Part shown: positions 48,217 to 59,809 of the stretch, in pieces
Numbering within the stretch: position 1 is the first letter of the stretch
Layout: every line of letters begins with the position of its first letter
From: Mobula hypostoma
Lineage: Eukaryota
DNA length: 64,000 nt
Reading direction: 5' to 3'
NCBI RefSeq assembly: GCF_963921235.1
Contig: NC_086101.1
Span: 806,001 to 870,000, forward strand
Translations under genes and position numbers: made by a program
The notes under the pieces: model-generated
What the model saw: only the letters and a program-made list of their open reading frames with translations
What the model was told of the DNA's origin: nothing
Databases searched by the model: none

Positions 48217-49141
48217 GAAGTATTCTAAAGGGAGGATGAGGCAATTGTGGCTGACAAGGGAAGTCAAAGACAGCATAAGAACAAAAGGGAGAACTGCCGA
48301 GGGGGATTTCCTAGAAACCTACAGCACAATACAGACCCTTTGGCCCACAAAGCTGTGCCGAACATGTCCCTACCTTAGAACTATCTAGGCTTACCCATAG
48401 ACCTCCATTTTTCTAAGCTCCATGTACCTATCCAGGAGTGTCTGAAAAGATCCTATCGTTTCCACCTCCACCACCGCCGCTGGCAGCCCATTCCACGCAC
48501 TCACCACTCTCTGCATAAAAAGACTTATCCCTGACATCTCCTCTATACCCACTTGCAAGAACCATAAAACTGTGCCCTATCGTGCTAGCCATTTCAGCTC
48601 TGGGGAAAATCCTCTGACTATCGACACGACCTATGCACAACTCAGTGGCAGCCAGGCCGATAGAACTGAGGCTGGCTCTGAGGCTCAGAAGGGAAGGGTG
48701 GAGTCAGGCGGAGCAAGTCATAGGGCAGTCTCTCAATTGAGCGACTGATTGGAAATTCTGTGCCAGGAAAAGAGATGCTAGGATACCGTGTTGCCTCCCG
48801 GCTGCTCGGGTCCAGGATGCCTCTGAGCAGCTGCAGGGGCTAGTGACCAGCCGGAGGTCGTGGTACATGTTGGTACCAGTGACGTGTGAGGGTGAGGAGA
48901 AGGGCAGTACGTTTAGGGAGTTAGGAAGGTGGCTGAAGAGTAGGACTTCCAAGGTGGTAATCTCCGGGTTACTCCCTGTATCACTAGCAAGGAAAGTTCA
49001 GATTAGGAAGACATGGCTGCCGAAAGAGTGGAGGGAATGGTCACCAACAACAGGAATTCTGCAGATGCTGCAATTCAAGCAACACGCATCAAAGTTGCTG
49101 GTGAACGCAGCAGGCCAGGCAGCATCGCTAGGAAGAGGTGC

Positions 49142-49177
49142 AGTCGACGTTTCGGGCCGAGACCCTTCGTCAGGACT
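49142..49177 (-). ncRNA. Minimal hammerhead motif in short pLTR fragment
   Basis: The reverse complement reads agtcCTGACGAagggtctcggcccGAAAcgtcgact. Confidence 0.75.
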
Positions 49178-49309
49178 CAACCGAGAGGAAATGGTGTTGG
49201 GGATAGGGTTTCAAGTTCTTGGATCATTGGAAACTTTACTGGGGAAGGGCTGACGGGGATGGTTTACACCTGAACTGCAGAGGAACCAATATCCTGGAGG
49301 TGGTGGGAG

Positions 49310-49860
49310 GTATAGACAGATAGATAGATAGAGATACATAAATATACTTTATTGATTCCGAGGGAAATTGGGTTTTGTTACAGCCGCACCAACCAAGAAT
49401 AAAGCGTAAATATAGCAATACAAAAACCACAAACAATCAAACAACAAAATGCAAACTATGCCAGATGGAAATAAGTCCAGGACCAGTCTATTGGCTCAGT
49501 GTGTCTGACCCTCCACGGGAGGAGCTGCAAAATTCGATGGCCACAGGCAGGAACAACCTCCCGTGACGCCCTGTGTTGTACCTCGGTGGAATATGGCCAG
49601 AGTCCAACAGTAAAAAGTTCAATATCCGGTCTGCAAACACATTCCTCGATCGTAATATGACCCGAAGTGCACCATCCATTGTTAACCAGAACAGTAAGCA
49701 CCCAACTCCTTTACACCTACCGCTCTCAGTGCACTTCCGGTTAGCCGGACCGGAAGCCATCCATGGAAAGTTTTGATCAGGTATGTCCTTGTGCAGTCCC
49801 GTACCAGGGAAACACATAACACTGCACTCCCGAAATGTTCTTTGACGCCTGGCTAGCAAT
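49310..49860 (-). mobile_element. Internally deleted Rex1/Babar-type LINE
   Basis: Endonuclease-like NNGWC...DIELFTVGL joined to the 3' end FLPVAI; (TATC)n tail. Confidence 0.65.
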
Positions 49861-50599
49861 GCTATTGAGCAGGGTTTAAACCAGATCTGCAGGAGGCTGG
49901 AAAACGTAATGAAAGACTGCATGCAGGAAGTTTGTGAGGAAGAATAGGAAGATGACAGAACAAAGATGCTCTCAGTCAGCTGGTTTGAAATGTGTCTATT
50001 TTAACGCAAGAAGCACATAAACAAGGCGGATGAATTTTGAGCGTGGATCAATACGTGGAACCGTGACATTACAGAGACGGATGTCTCAGGGGCAGGAACG
50101 GTTGCGGAGCGTGCAGGGCTTCAGATGTTTCAAGAAGAACAGAGAAGGAGGCAAAAGAGGTGGAAGTATGGCTTGCCAATCAGTGAAATTGTTAGCACGA
50201 GAGGGCATAGTTGTAAGGTGCTGGGGAGTAGGTACAGAGGAGATGTCAGGGGTAAGTTTTTTACGCAGAGAGTGGTGAGTGTGTGGAATGGGCCGCCGGC
50301 GGTGGTGGTGGAGGCGGAAACGATAGGGTCTCTTGAGAGTCCTGGATGGGTACATGGAGCTTAGAAAAATAGAGGGCCGTGGGTAGTTCTCAGGTAAGGC
50401 CGTGTTCGGCACGGCTTTGTGGGCCGGAGGGCCCGTGTTGTGCTGTAGGGTTTCTACGGTTCAGGGAGGCACATTCTGGAAGGGTGCAATAATGATTCGG
50501 TTGTTGTGATGGGTGATTCCTTAGAGCAAGGCGTTTGGATGAGGTGGAGTTTGTTAGGTGTGTTCAGGAAGGGTTCCTGGCACAATATGTACATAATCC

Positions 50600-52522
50600 A
50601 ACTTGGATTTCTTCGGCAGTTGAACGAGGCAACTGCGCAAGCGCGTGTAAATCGGACCGTGAGGCAGCGGGAGTGTTTGAAAGAGAGAATATTAACGGAG
50701 TGGGCGACGGAGTAGAGGGAGACAGAGTAGGCTGAGGAAGAGCTTCACTCCAAGTGAGGTAAGGCCGGGTAAGTTCCTCTAATTACCTTAAGAGGAGGTA
50801 ATGGAGGCAGCAGTTAGGGCAGTCGAGTGCTCCGTTTGCAGGATGTGGGAAGTCAGGGCAGCACAATTGTCCCTGATGACTACACCTGTAAAAGGTGCAT
50901 CCAGCTGCAGCTCCTGACAAACCGAGTCAGGGAACTGGAGCTGGAGCTGGATGAACTTCGGATCATTCGTGAGGCAGAAGCAGAAATAGACAGGAGTTAC
51001 AGGGAGATAGTTACTCCTAAAAGTCAGGAGGCAGGTAACTAGGTGACTGTCAGGAGAGGGAAGGGGAATAGACAGAATGAGCAGAGCACCCCTGTGGCCG
51101 TTCCCACCAATAATAAGTATTCTGTTTTGGATACTGTTGATGGGGACGACCTACCAGGGACAAGTTGTAGTGGTCGCGTCTCTGGCACCGAGACTGGATC
51201 TTCAGCTCAGAAGAGAAGGAGGGAAAAGAGGAAAGCAGTAGTGATAGGGGATTCGATAGTTAGGGGGACAGATAAGAGGTTCTGTGGGAGGGATCGAGAA
51301 TCCCGGATGGTCTGTTGCCTCCCTGGTGCCAAGGTCCGCGATATCTCGGATTGAGTTCTCAGTATTCTCAAGAGGGAGGGTGAGCAGCCAGATGTCGTGG
51401 TCCATATAGGGACCAATGACATGGGTAGGAAGAGTGAGGAGGTCCTGAAAGGTGAGTTTAGTGCGTTAGGTGCCAAGTTAAAGGACAGGATCTCCAGGAT
51501 AGCAATCTCAGGATTGCTACCAGTGCCACATGCAGGCGGGTTTAGAAATAGTAAGATAGCGCAGATCAACACGTGGCTGAAGACATGGTGCAGGAGGGAG
51601 GGCTTCAGATTTATAGATAACTGGGCAGTTTTCCAGGGAAAGTGCAACCTGTCCCAGCGGGACGGTCTACATCTGAACTGGAGGAGGACAAATATTCTTG
51701 CAGGTAGGTTTGCTAGAGAGGCTCCAGTGGGTTTAAACTAGATACAAGGCGGGAGGGGAACAAGAGTGTAGGAACAGATGTAGGGGAGAAGGAAGAAAAA
51801 GAAAATAGTAAAGTTGTTTGCACCGTTAGTGATAAACAGAGAGTAAGAGGTGGAAAATTTCTTAAATGCATTTATTTTAATGCTAGGAGCATTATAAGAA
51901 AGGTGAATGAGCTTAAAGCATGGATTGATACCTGCAAGTATAATATTGTAGCTATGAGTGAAACATGGTTGCAGGAGGGGTGTGATTGGCAACTAAATAT
52001 TCCGGAATTTCATTGCTTCAGGTGTGATAGAATCGGAGGGACAAGATGGGGAGGTGTTGCATTGCTTGTCAGAGAAAATATTACAGCAGTGCTCTGCAGG
52101 ATAGATTAAAGGACTTGTCTAGGGAAGCTATTTGGGTGGAATTGAGGAATGGGAAAGGTGTAGTAACACTTATAGGGGTGTATTATCGACCACCAAATGG
52201 GGAGCGGGAATTGGAGGAGCAAATTTGTAAGGAGATAGCAGATATTTGTAGTAAGCACAAGGTTGTGATTGTGGGAGATTTTAATTTTCCACACATAGAC
52301 TGGGAAGCCCATACTGTAAAAGGGCTGGATGGTTTGGAGTTTGTAAAATGTGTGCAGGATAGTTTTTTGCAGCAATACATAGAGGTACCAACTAGAGAAG
52401 GGGCAGTGTTAGATCTCCTGTTAGGGAATGAGATAGGGCAGGTGACGGAGGTTTGTGTTGGGGAGCACTTCAGGTCCAATGATGACAATGCCATTAGTTT
52501 CAATATAATTATGGAGAAAGAT
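50600..52522 (+). mobile_element. CR1 5' part: 5' UTR, ORF1 (ZnF/leucine zipper + SGNH esterase), ORF2 endonuclease
   Basis: ATG at 50801; ECSVC...YTCKRCIQLQLL; VIGDSIVRG, VHIGTND and DGLHLN; then NARSI, SETWL, GVYYRPP and GDFNFP. Several stops and frameshifts. Confidence 0.9.
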
Positions 52523-53545
52523 CAGCCTCAGTGTTCTTTGACCAGTCCAGTTTATTGTCAATACGTATCCCCAGGTATTTGTAATCCTCCACCATGTCCA
52601 CACTGACCCCCTGGATGGAAACATGGGTCATCGGTACCTTAGCTCTCCTCAGGTCTAACACCAGCTCTTTAGTCTTTTTCACATTAAGCTGCAGATAATT
52701 CTGCTCACACCATGTGACAAAGTTTCCTACCGTAGCCCTGTACTCTGTCTACAAGAAGGGTCAGAGCCGTCTCTATTTCCTGAGGAGACTGAGGTCCTTT
52801 AACATCTGCCGGATGATGCTGGGGATGTTCTACGAGTCTGTGGTGGCCAGTGCTATCATGTTTGCTGTTGTGTGCTGGGGCAGCAGGCTGAGGGTAGCAG
52901 ACACCAACAGAATCAACAAACTCATTCGTAAGGCCAGTGATGTTGTGGGGATGGAACTGGACTCTCTCACGGTGATGTCTGGAAAAGAGGATGCTGTCCA
53001 AGTTGCATGCCATCTTGGTCAATGTCTCCCATCCACTACATAATGTACTGGTTGGGCACAGGAGTACATTCAGCCAGAGACTCATTCCACCGAGATGCTA
53101 CACAGAGCATCATAGGAAGTCATTCCTGCCTGTGGCCATCAAACTTTACAACTCCTCCCTTGGAGGGTCAGACACCCTGAGCCAATAGGCTGGTCCTAAA
53201 CTTATTTCATAATTTCCTGGCATAATTTACATATTACTATTTAACTATTTATGGTTTTATTACTATTTATTATTTATGGCGCAACTGTAACGAAAACCAA
53301 TTTCCCCCGGGATCAATAAAGTATGACTATGACTATTACTCAACCTCATCTCCCTTGCTGATGCATCCAACTATGGCAGAGTCATCCAAAAACTTCTGAA
53401 GTTGACAAGACTCTGTGCAGTAGTTGAAGTCCGAGGTGTAAATGGTGAAGAGAAAGGGAGACAAGATAGTCCCCTGTGGAGCCCCAGTGCAGCTGATCAC
53501 TCTGTCAGACACACAGTGATGCAAACACACGTACTGTGCTACATG
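52523..53545. mobile_element. Rearranged Rex1/Babar-type LINE (three contiguous pieces, mixed orientation)
   Basis: Minus pieces at 53337-53545 (GAPQGTILSP, FLDDSA) and 52523-52745; plus piece at 52745-53336 with the ATGACT tail. Confidence 0.85.
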
Positions 53546-56117
53546 TACTACTAACACAGGTTATACAGACCAAGGAACAAACTGCCAGAGGAACTCAGTG
53601 GGTCGGGCAGCATCTGTGGAGGGAAATGGACCGTCAACATTTAGGGCCGAGACCCTCCCTCTAGACTGAGAGTGGACGGGAAATAGTCAGAGAAAAGAGG
53701 TGAGGGGTGGGGATGGAGCAAGAGCTGGCGAGTGAGAGGTGGATCCAGGTGAGAGGGGAGGTGGGAAGGTGGAAATAGTGACGGGGGTGGGAGGTGAGTG
53801 GTTGGGGCAACACGAGGCTGCAGAAGATGGAAATTAATTCCATAGAGGATTAACAAAGAGTATTTGTTATAGTGAGTGCAATGAAGATTCACCAGACTGA
53901 TCCCTGGAGTGGTGGGGTCATCATATGCAGAAAAATCAAATGTGATAACCCTTTCACTTAGAGAATCGAGGACTGAGAAGTGAACACATTGAAATGAACA
54001 ACATAATCACCGGTTGAACCAGGGATCCCAGTCTCTGAAAAAGGGGGTGGACTGAGATGAGGGGAAATGTCTCCACACCGAGGGTGGTGAATGTCTGTAA
54101 ATCCCCACCACAGAGGGCGGTGAAGACTCGGTGATCGTCCTCACATAAAACAGGGTCCGGCAGATGTCTGGAGGCTGAAGGGATCGAGGAAATGAGGATC
54201 GGGCAGAAACATGTGTCTGAGAGGAGAGAGCAGCTGTCATCTTGTTGATGGTTAGAGGGGCTGAATGGCCACCTCCTGCTGTTTCTCACTTGATGTCTCA
54301 GTGTTCCTGTCCAGTGAGGCCGGAGGAATGTGAATAGAAATTAGTGTTTATAAACATAGAACTGATTTAAATGAAACCAGAACAATTCCAGTCTGGGCCT
54401 GAATTGTGTGCAGGACCGGGATGGGAATCGAACCCGTGACTCTGCGACCTGAAGGTGGAGGGGAAGGGACAGGGAAGATATGGGGGGGAAAGGTAACTAC
54501 GTATCTGGTGTAAATTTGAAATAATGTGGGAAATGCAGCAGATGGGTGGGGCAGCGTGTGATCGGTGAGCAGCGGAGTTACCGGTTCAGGTGGAAGACCC
54601 TCCAACCGTCACGTGATCCTGTTTCCTGTTCATGTTTTCCCGCAGATCTGCAGCATCTGCCGGTCACCGCTCTACATGTACGTGCAGCTTCATCTTTCGC
54701 CCGTTCAGACAAGGCAGTGAGATCCGGATCTGTCACGTCCTCTCATCTCCCTCCCCTCTGTCTCTCTGACCCTCAGCAGACATACCCCACAGGGTTGTCT
54801 CCTTGGCCACCTCCTTTACTCTCTCTATACCCATGACTTGTGTTGCCACTCACAGCTCCAATCTGCTAATTAAATTTGCTGACGACACTACATTGATTGG
54901 CCTAACCTCAAATAATAACTTTCAATCGATCAAATGCCTCCTGACAAGGCTTTCAGTCCTATAATCTTTAGGAACTACAACTTGGTGAATAGTTGCCCAT
55001 TCCTCATTTGCTGGTATAGCAGGTGGTCTCCACTTCCTCATTGAACTCCATCCTTGAGATAATACCCTACTGGCACTTTGTTAATCTCGTCATCTGAGAG
55101 AGCTGTTTGTTTCAAAGCTTCAATCTCAGGGTCTCGGTTCTGTTCTGCTAAAAACTCCTCCCGAGACAGGGACAAATGTTTCTCATCAGACTTACTACCT
55201 GAATCCTGTTGAAACAATGAAGGCAGAAAAGTCCCTGACAAGTCTTCATAACCTGAATCCCGATTTCGGCTATCATGGGTATCAGAATCATGCTGCACAG
55301 AACCGTCTGCGTTGGCAGACTTTTTAGCCAACTTCGAGTTACTGTGCAGGAAGGATAAATGTTAAAATCCATCTGTGGGTCGTCAGTGGTTGGCTTAGTT
55401 GTCAGCTGCACTGCAGGAACAACTTTACCATCTGCTAGGTCATTCCCTAACAGCAAAGTAACATCTTCCACCTGTAAAGTGGAGCATAGTCCGATCTTAA
55501 CAGGTCGCGAAACCAATCCGGACTGTAAACTTACCTTGTGCAACAGCACAGAAACCATGCCACCCCCAATGCCTTTGTAAGATTTACCTCACAAGTGTTG
55601 GTCTCATCACCAAACCTTAGAACGCTGTCTAATATAAGTGATTGAGAAGCCCCAGTATCTCAAAGAATTTTCACTGGTACTGGGGTTAACCCTTCCTTTA
55701 CTAATACAAACTCATCTGACATAAAATGATTGAATCCCTTCTTAACTCGGTCAGACCTCTCAGTCTTTAACTGATCCTCAACAGAATATTCAGAACCCTG
55801 TGGGTTTAGAGGTGCTTCAACGTACTGACCACAGGCATTTGGGACTGCCTCCTTTTCCTTTTTCTTCTTCAGGATGGAACAATTAGGCATCATATGACCA
55901 GCTTTCTCACCATAGTAACAAGTAAGACCAAAATATTTCTCCTTCAACTGCTTCCCTTCATCCTTACTCTTGTCACTAGTCCCAGCTTTAATTTCTGCTT
56001 TACCCTAGTTATCCTTGCTACTCTTTTGGAAACTCTCTTTCTTTTTTTAATCTTTTTATTAATTTTCAAGTACATAAACATAATAACAATAGTGATACAA
56101 AGAGAATGGAATTACCT

Positions 56118-56321
56118 CAGGCAACACACATAAAAGTTGCTGGTGAACGCAGCAGGCCAGGCAGCATCTCTAGGAAGAGGTGCAGTCGACGTTTCAGGCC
56201 GAGACCCTTCGTCCTGAAATGTTGACTGCACCTCTTCCTAGAGATGCTGCCTGGCCTGCTGCGTTCACCAGCAACTTTGATGTGTGTTGCTTGAATTTCC
56301 AGCATCTGCAGAATTCCTGTT
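56118..56321. mobile_element. Miniature palindromic pLTR insertion
   Basis: Inverted arms of about 78 bp (56121-56290) and a 14-bp TSD GAATGGAATTACCT (56104-56117, 56322-56335). Confidence 0.9.
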
Positions 56322-58623
56322 GAATGGAATTACCTTATTGTTATTAAACATATACAAAAAAAAGACTACAAATAGTACAAGTGTAATAGATTTTCAAACT
56401 CTTGATATAGTTAATCATGGGGAAAAAAAATAAAGGAAGAAGAGGTTATTACAAAGAAAAACCCCCAAAAAAACCCAAAAAAAAGAACTAATGACTAAAC
56501 CCCCAAAAAAAGCAAACAGAACAAGGCTGAACCAATATCGAATACATTCATTAATGTCATCAACTCCGCTCCTCTACTTATATATTCTAAGTTAATAAAA
56601 AGGATTCGGAAAAGGTCAAACTGCGTCATATGAAAATGTTGAATAAATAGCTTCCGAGTCTCCTCAAATTTAACCGAAGGATCAAAAACGACACTTCAGA
56701 TTTTTTCTAAATTTAAACATGATATAGTTTGGGAAAACCATTGAAATGTAGTAGGGGGATTGGTCTCTTTCCAATTCAATAAAATGGATCTTCTGGCCAT
56801 TAATGTAACATCCGACAAGCTGAAGAGGATAAAGAGCTATGTTCCATCATTGGCAAACCAAAAATTGACGTAATAGAATGGGGTTGTAAATCAAAGCGCA
56901 AAACTGTTGAAATAATATCAAAAATATCTTTCCAAAATTTTTCCAAGAGAGGGCAGGACCAGAACATATGATACAGAGAAGCCACCTCAGAGTGACATCT
57001 GTCACAAATCGGATTTATATGGGAATAAAAACGAGCTAGTTTACCTTTAGACATGTGAGCCCTCTGCACTACCTTAAATTGTATCAGCGTATGTTTAGCA
57101 CATATAGAGAAAGACTAACTAATTGAAAGATTTTTTCCCATTTCTTTATAGGTAGATGAAGTTGAAGTTCCCTTTCCCATTCATTTTTAATTTTATCAGA
57201 TGCACCTGGATGTATTTTCATAAATGTATCATACATAATTGCTACTAATCCCTTCTGATAAGGATTTAAACCTAAAATTTTACCTATGATATCAGTAGAG
57301 TGTGAAATTGGAAACGTAGACAGTATAGTATTTAGAAAGTTTCTTATTTGTAAAAAAAAAAGGGGGTCTGGGCAAGTCATATTTATTAGATAACTGTTCA
57401 AAAGACATGAAACAGTTATTCAGAAATTAATCCTGGAAACATGTTATACCCTTCATTTTCCATATCAAAAAAGCTTGATGCATAACCAAGGGTTGAAAAA
57501 AAAATTAGGTATAATACGGCTGGATAATATGAATTTGTTCAAACCAAAACATTTATGAAATTGGAACCATATTCGTAATGTATGTTTAATTATTGGATTA
57601 ACCAATTGTTTATTCAATTTAGAAAATTCAAAAGGAAGTGAAGTTCCTAAAATAGAAACCAATGAAAACGCTTGTACAGAGTATCCTTCAAGGTTTACCC
57701 ATTGTGGACTTGGAGTTATATCCCAATCTTGTGTCCATAATATTAAATATCGAATATTAATTGCCCAGTAATAGAATCTTAAATTCGGCAATGCTAAACC
57801 ACCATCTTTCTTGGACTTCTGTAAATATTTTTCACTTAACCTGAAGTTTTTATTCTGCCATATATAAGAGGAAATCTGAAAATCACTAGTATCAAAAAAA
57901 AATTTAGGAATAAAAATTGGTACTGCTTGAAATAAATATAAAAATTTAGATAAAATAATCATTTTAATGGCATTGATTCGGCTAATCAACGATAGACACA
58001 ATGGGAACTATTTAGTAAGCAATTGTTTAACCTGACTAATTAACGGTAAAAAATTGAGCTTGAATAGGTCCTCGTGTCTCTTAGCAATTTTAAACCCCAA
58101 ATAAGTAAAATAGTTAGTAATCAATGTGACTGGTGAACATCTATAAATGGGAACCTGCATGTTTAATGGAAAGAGCTCGCTCTTCAATTTGTAACCAGAA
58201 AAACTACTAAACTGAGCAAGCAAGGATAATACTGCCAGAATGGATTTCTCAGGGTTAGAAATATATAATAGTAAATCATCTGCATATAGTGATAATGTAT
58301 GTATCTCATTCCCACGGGTAATACCAAATATATTAGGAGAGTCACGAATAGCAATAGCTAGCGGTTCCAGGGCAATATTGGATAACAATGGACTACGAGT
58401 GCAACCCTGCCTAGGACCACAGAATAACTGAAAAAAGGGAGATCTTTCACTATTGGTAAAAACTGAAGCCAAAGTATATCAATTTAATCCAAGATATAAA
58501 TATTGGACTAAAATTAAATTTCTCAAGGATATTAAACAAATGTGTCCATTCGACCCTATCAAAAGTGTTCTCAGCGTCCAATGAGATGATGCATTCTGGA
58601 GTTCCAGGTAAAGAAGTATAAAC

Positions 58624-59809
58624 CAGCGGTCCCCAACCACCGGGCCGCGGACCGGTACCAGGCCGCAAAGCATGTGCTACTGGGCCGCAAGGAAACGACA
58701 TGACTTGGCGATAGGAGTCAGCTGTACCTTTCCTCATTCCCTGTCATGCCCACCTTTGAGCTTGAACACACGCGAGGTCATTACCCGCGCGTCATCCATG
58801 TCAGCGCGGGAAGAAGGTCAACTCCTCGAGCTTGCAAATGACAGCGGGCTGAAAAGTATGTTTGACATAACATCTCTGCCGGCATTCCGGATCAAAGTCA
58901 AGGCTAAGTATCCTGAGATAGCCACGAAAGCACTGAAAACATTGCTTCCATTTCCAACATATCTCTGCAATGAATGCAACGAAAACCAAATTGCGGAATA
59001 GACTGGACATAAGGAACTCCCTTTGAGTATCGCTGTCTCCCGTCACCCCTTGATAGGACCGACTTGTTGCAGGGAAACAAGCCCAGGGCTCCCACTGATT
59101 CAGCGATATTGGTGTGTTGCAATGATTTTACAGGGAAAATATGTGCTGTGTGTTTAATATCCAAATGGTACTTAAAATGTTATGATGCTATTGACTTATA
59201 TAACCATATAACAATTACAGCACAGAAACAGGCCATCTCGGCCCTTCTAGTCCGTGCTGAACGCTACTCTCACCTAGTCCCACTGACCTGCACTCAGCCC
59301 ATAACCCTCCATTCCTTTCCTGTCCGTATGCCTATCTAATTTTTCTTTAAATGATAATATCGAACCTGCCTCTACCACTTCTACTGGAAATTCGTTCAAC
59401 ACTTACTTCAAGCTCCCCTGTCCTCCCCTGATAATTGACTTATCACTATATTCAAGTGAGGAAAATATGCGCTGTGTGTTTAATATTAAATTCATTAGAT
59501 AAACCCTTTTAGAAACGAAATTGAGTGTATTAGCCACTTATCACCTATATTCCGGTCATGATTAACACACCCCGCCCCAAACAGAATCCCCAAAAATGAT
59601 TTGTAGAGGAAAAAAATCGCATGTGCACTGGTGCCCGCGCAAGGCTTCATGGTCATTGTAGTCTTTCTCGGGGTAAACACAACGTATTTGACTGCTACTC
59701 TTGCCCGTTGGCAATCCTACCGCGCCCCCCCCGCCCCGGATCAGCCAGTCCGCAAGAATATTGTCAATATTAAACCGGTCCGCAGTGCAAAAGATGTTGG
59801 GGACCCCTG
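58624..59809 (+). mobile_element. Non-autonomous hAT (Charlie/Buster-type) DNA transposon
   Basis: TIRs CAGCGGTCCCCAAC / GTTGGGGACCCCTG, 8-bp TSD GTATAAAC and dimerisation-domain remnant YPEIATKALKTLLPFPTYLC; contains a CR1 tail at about 59195-59400. Confidence 0.92.

Noticed and set aside
52714..53188. Host gene exon (this peptide type is sometimes labelled ALKBH8-like or DUF1891)
   Set aside because: It is the C-terminus of a Rex1/Babar-type LINE ORF, repeated at 33326-33670 and followed by the element tail.
54405..54460. tRNA-like B box (GGTTCGATTCCC) on the minus strand
   Set aside because: Only a T-arm-like fragment with no A box; probably a decayed SINE head.
58672..59001. Domesticated ZBED5/SCAND3-like gene
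   Set aside because: Short transposase remnant within TIRs and an 8-bp TSD; a non-autonomous hAT.
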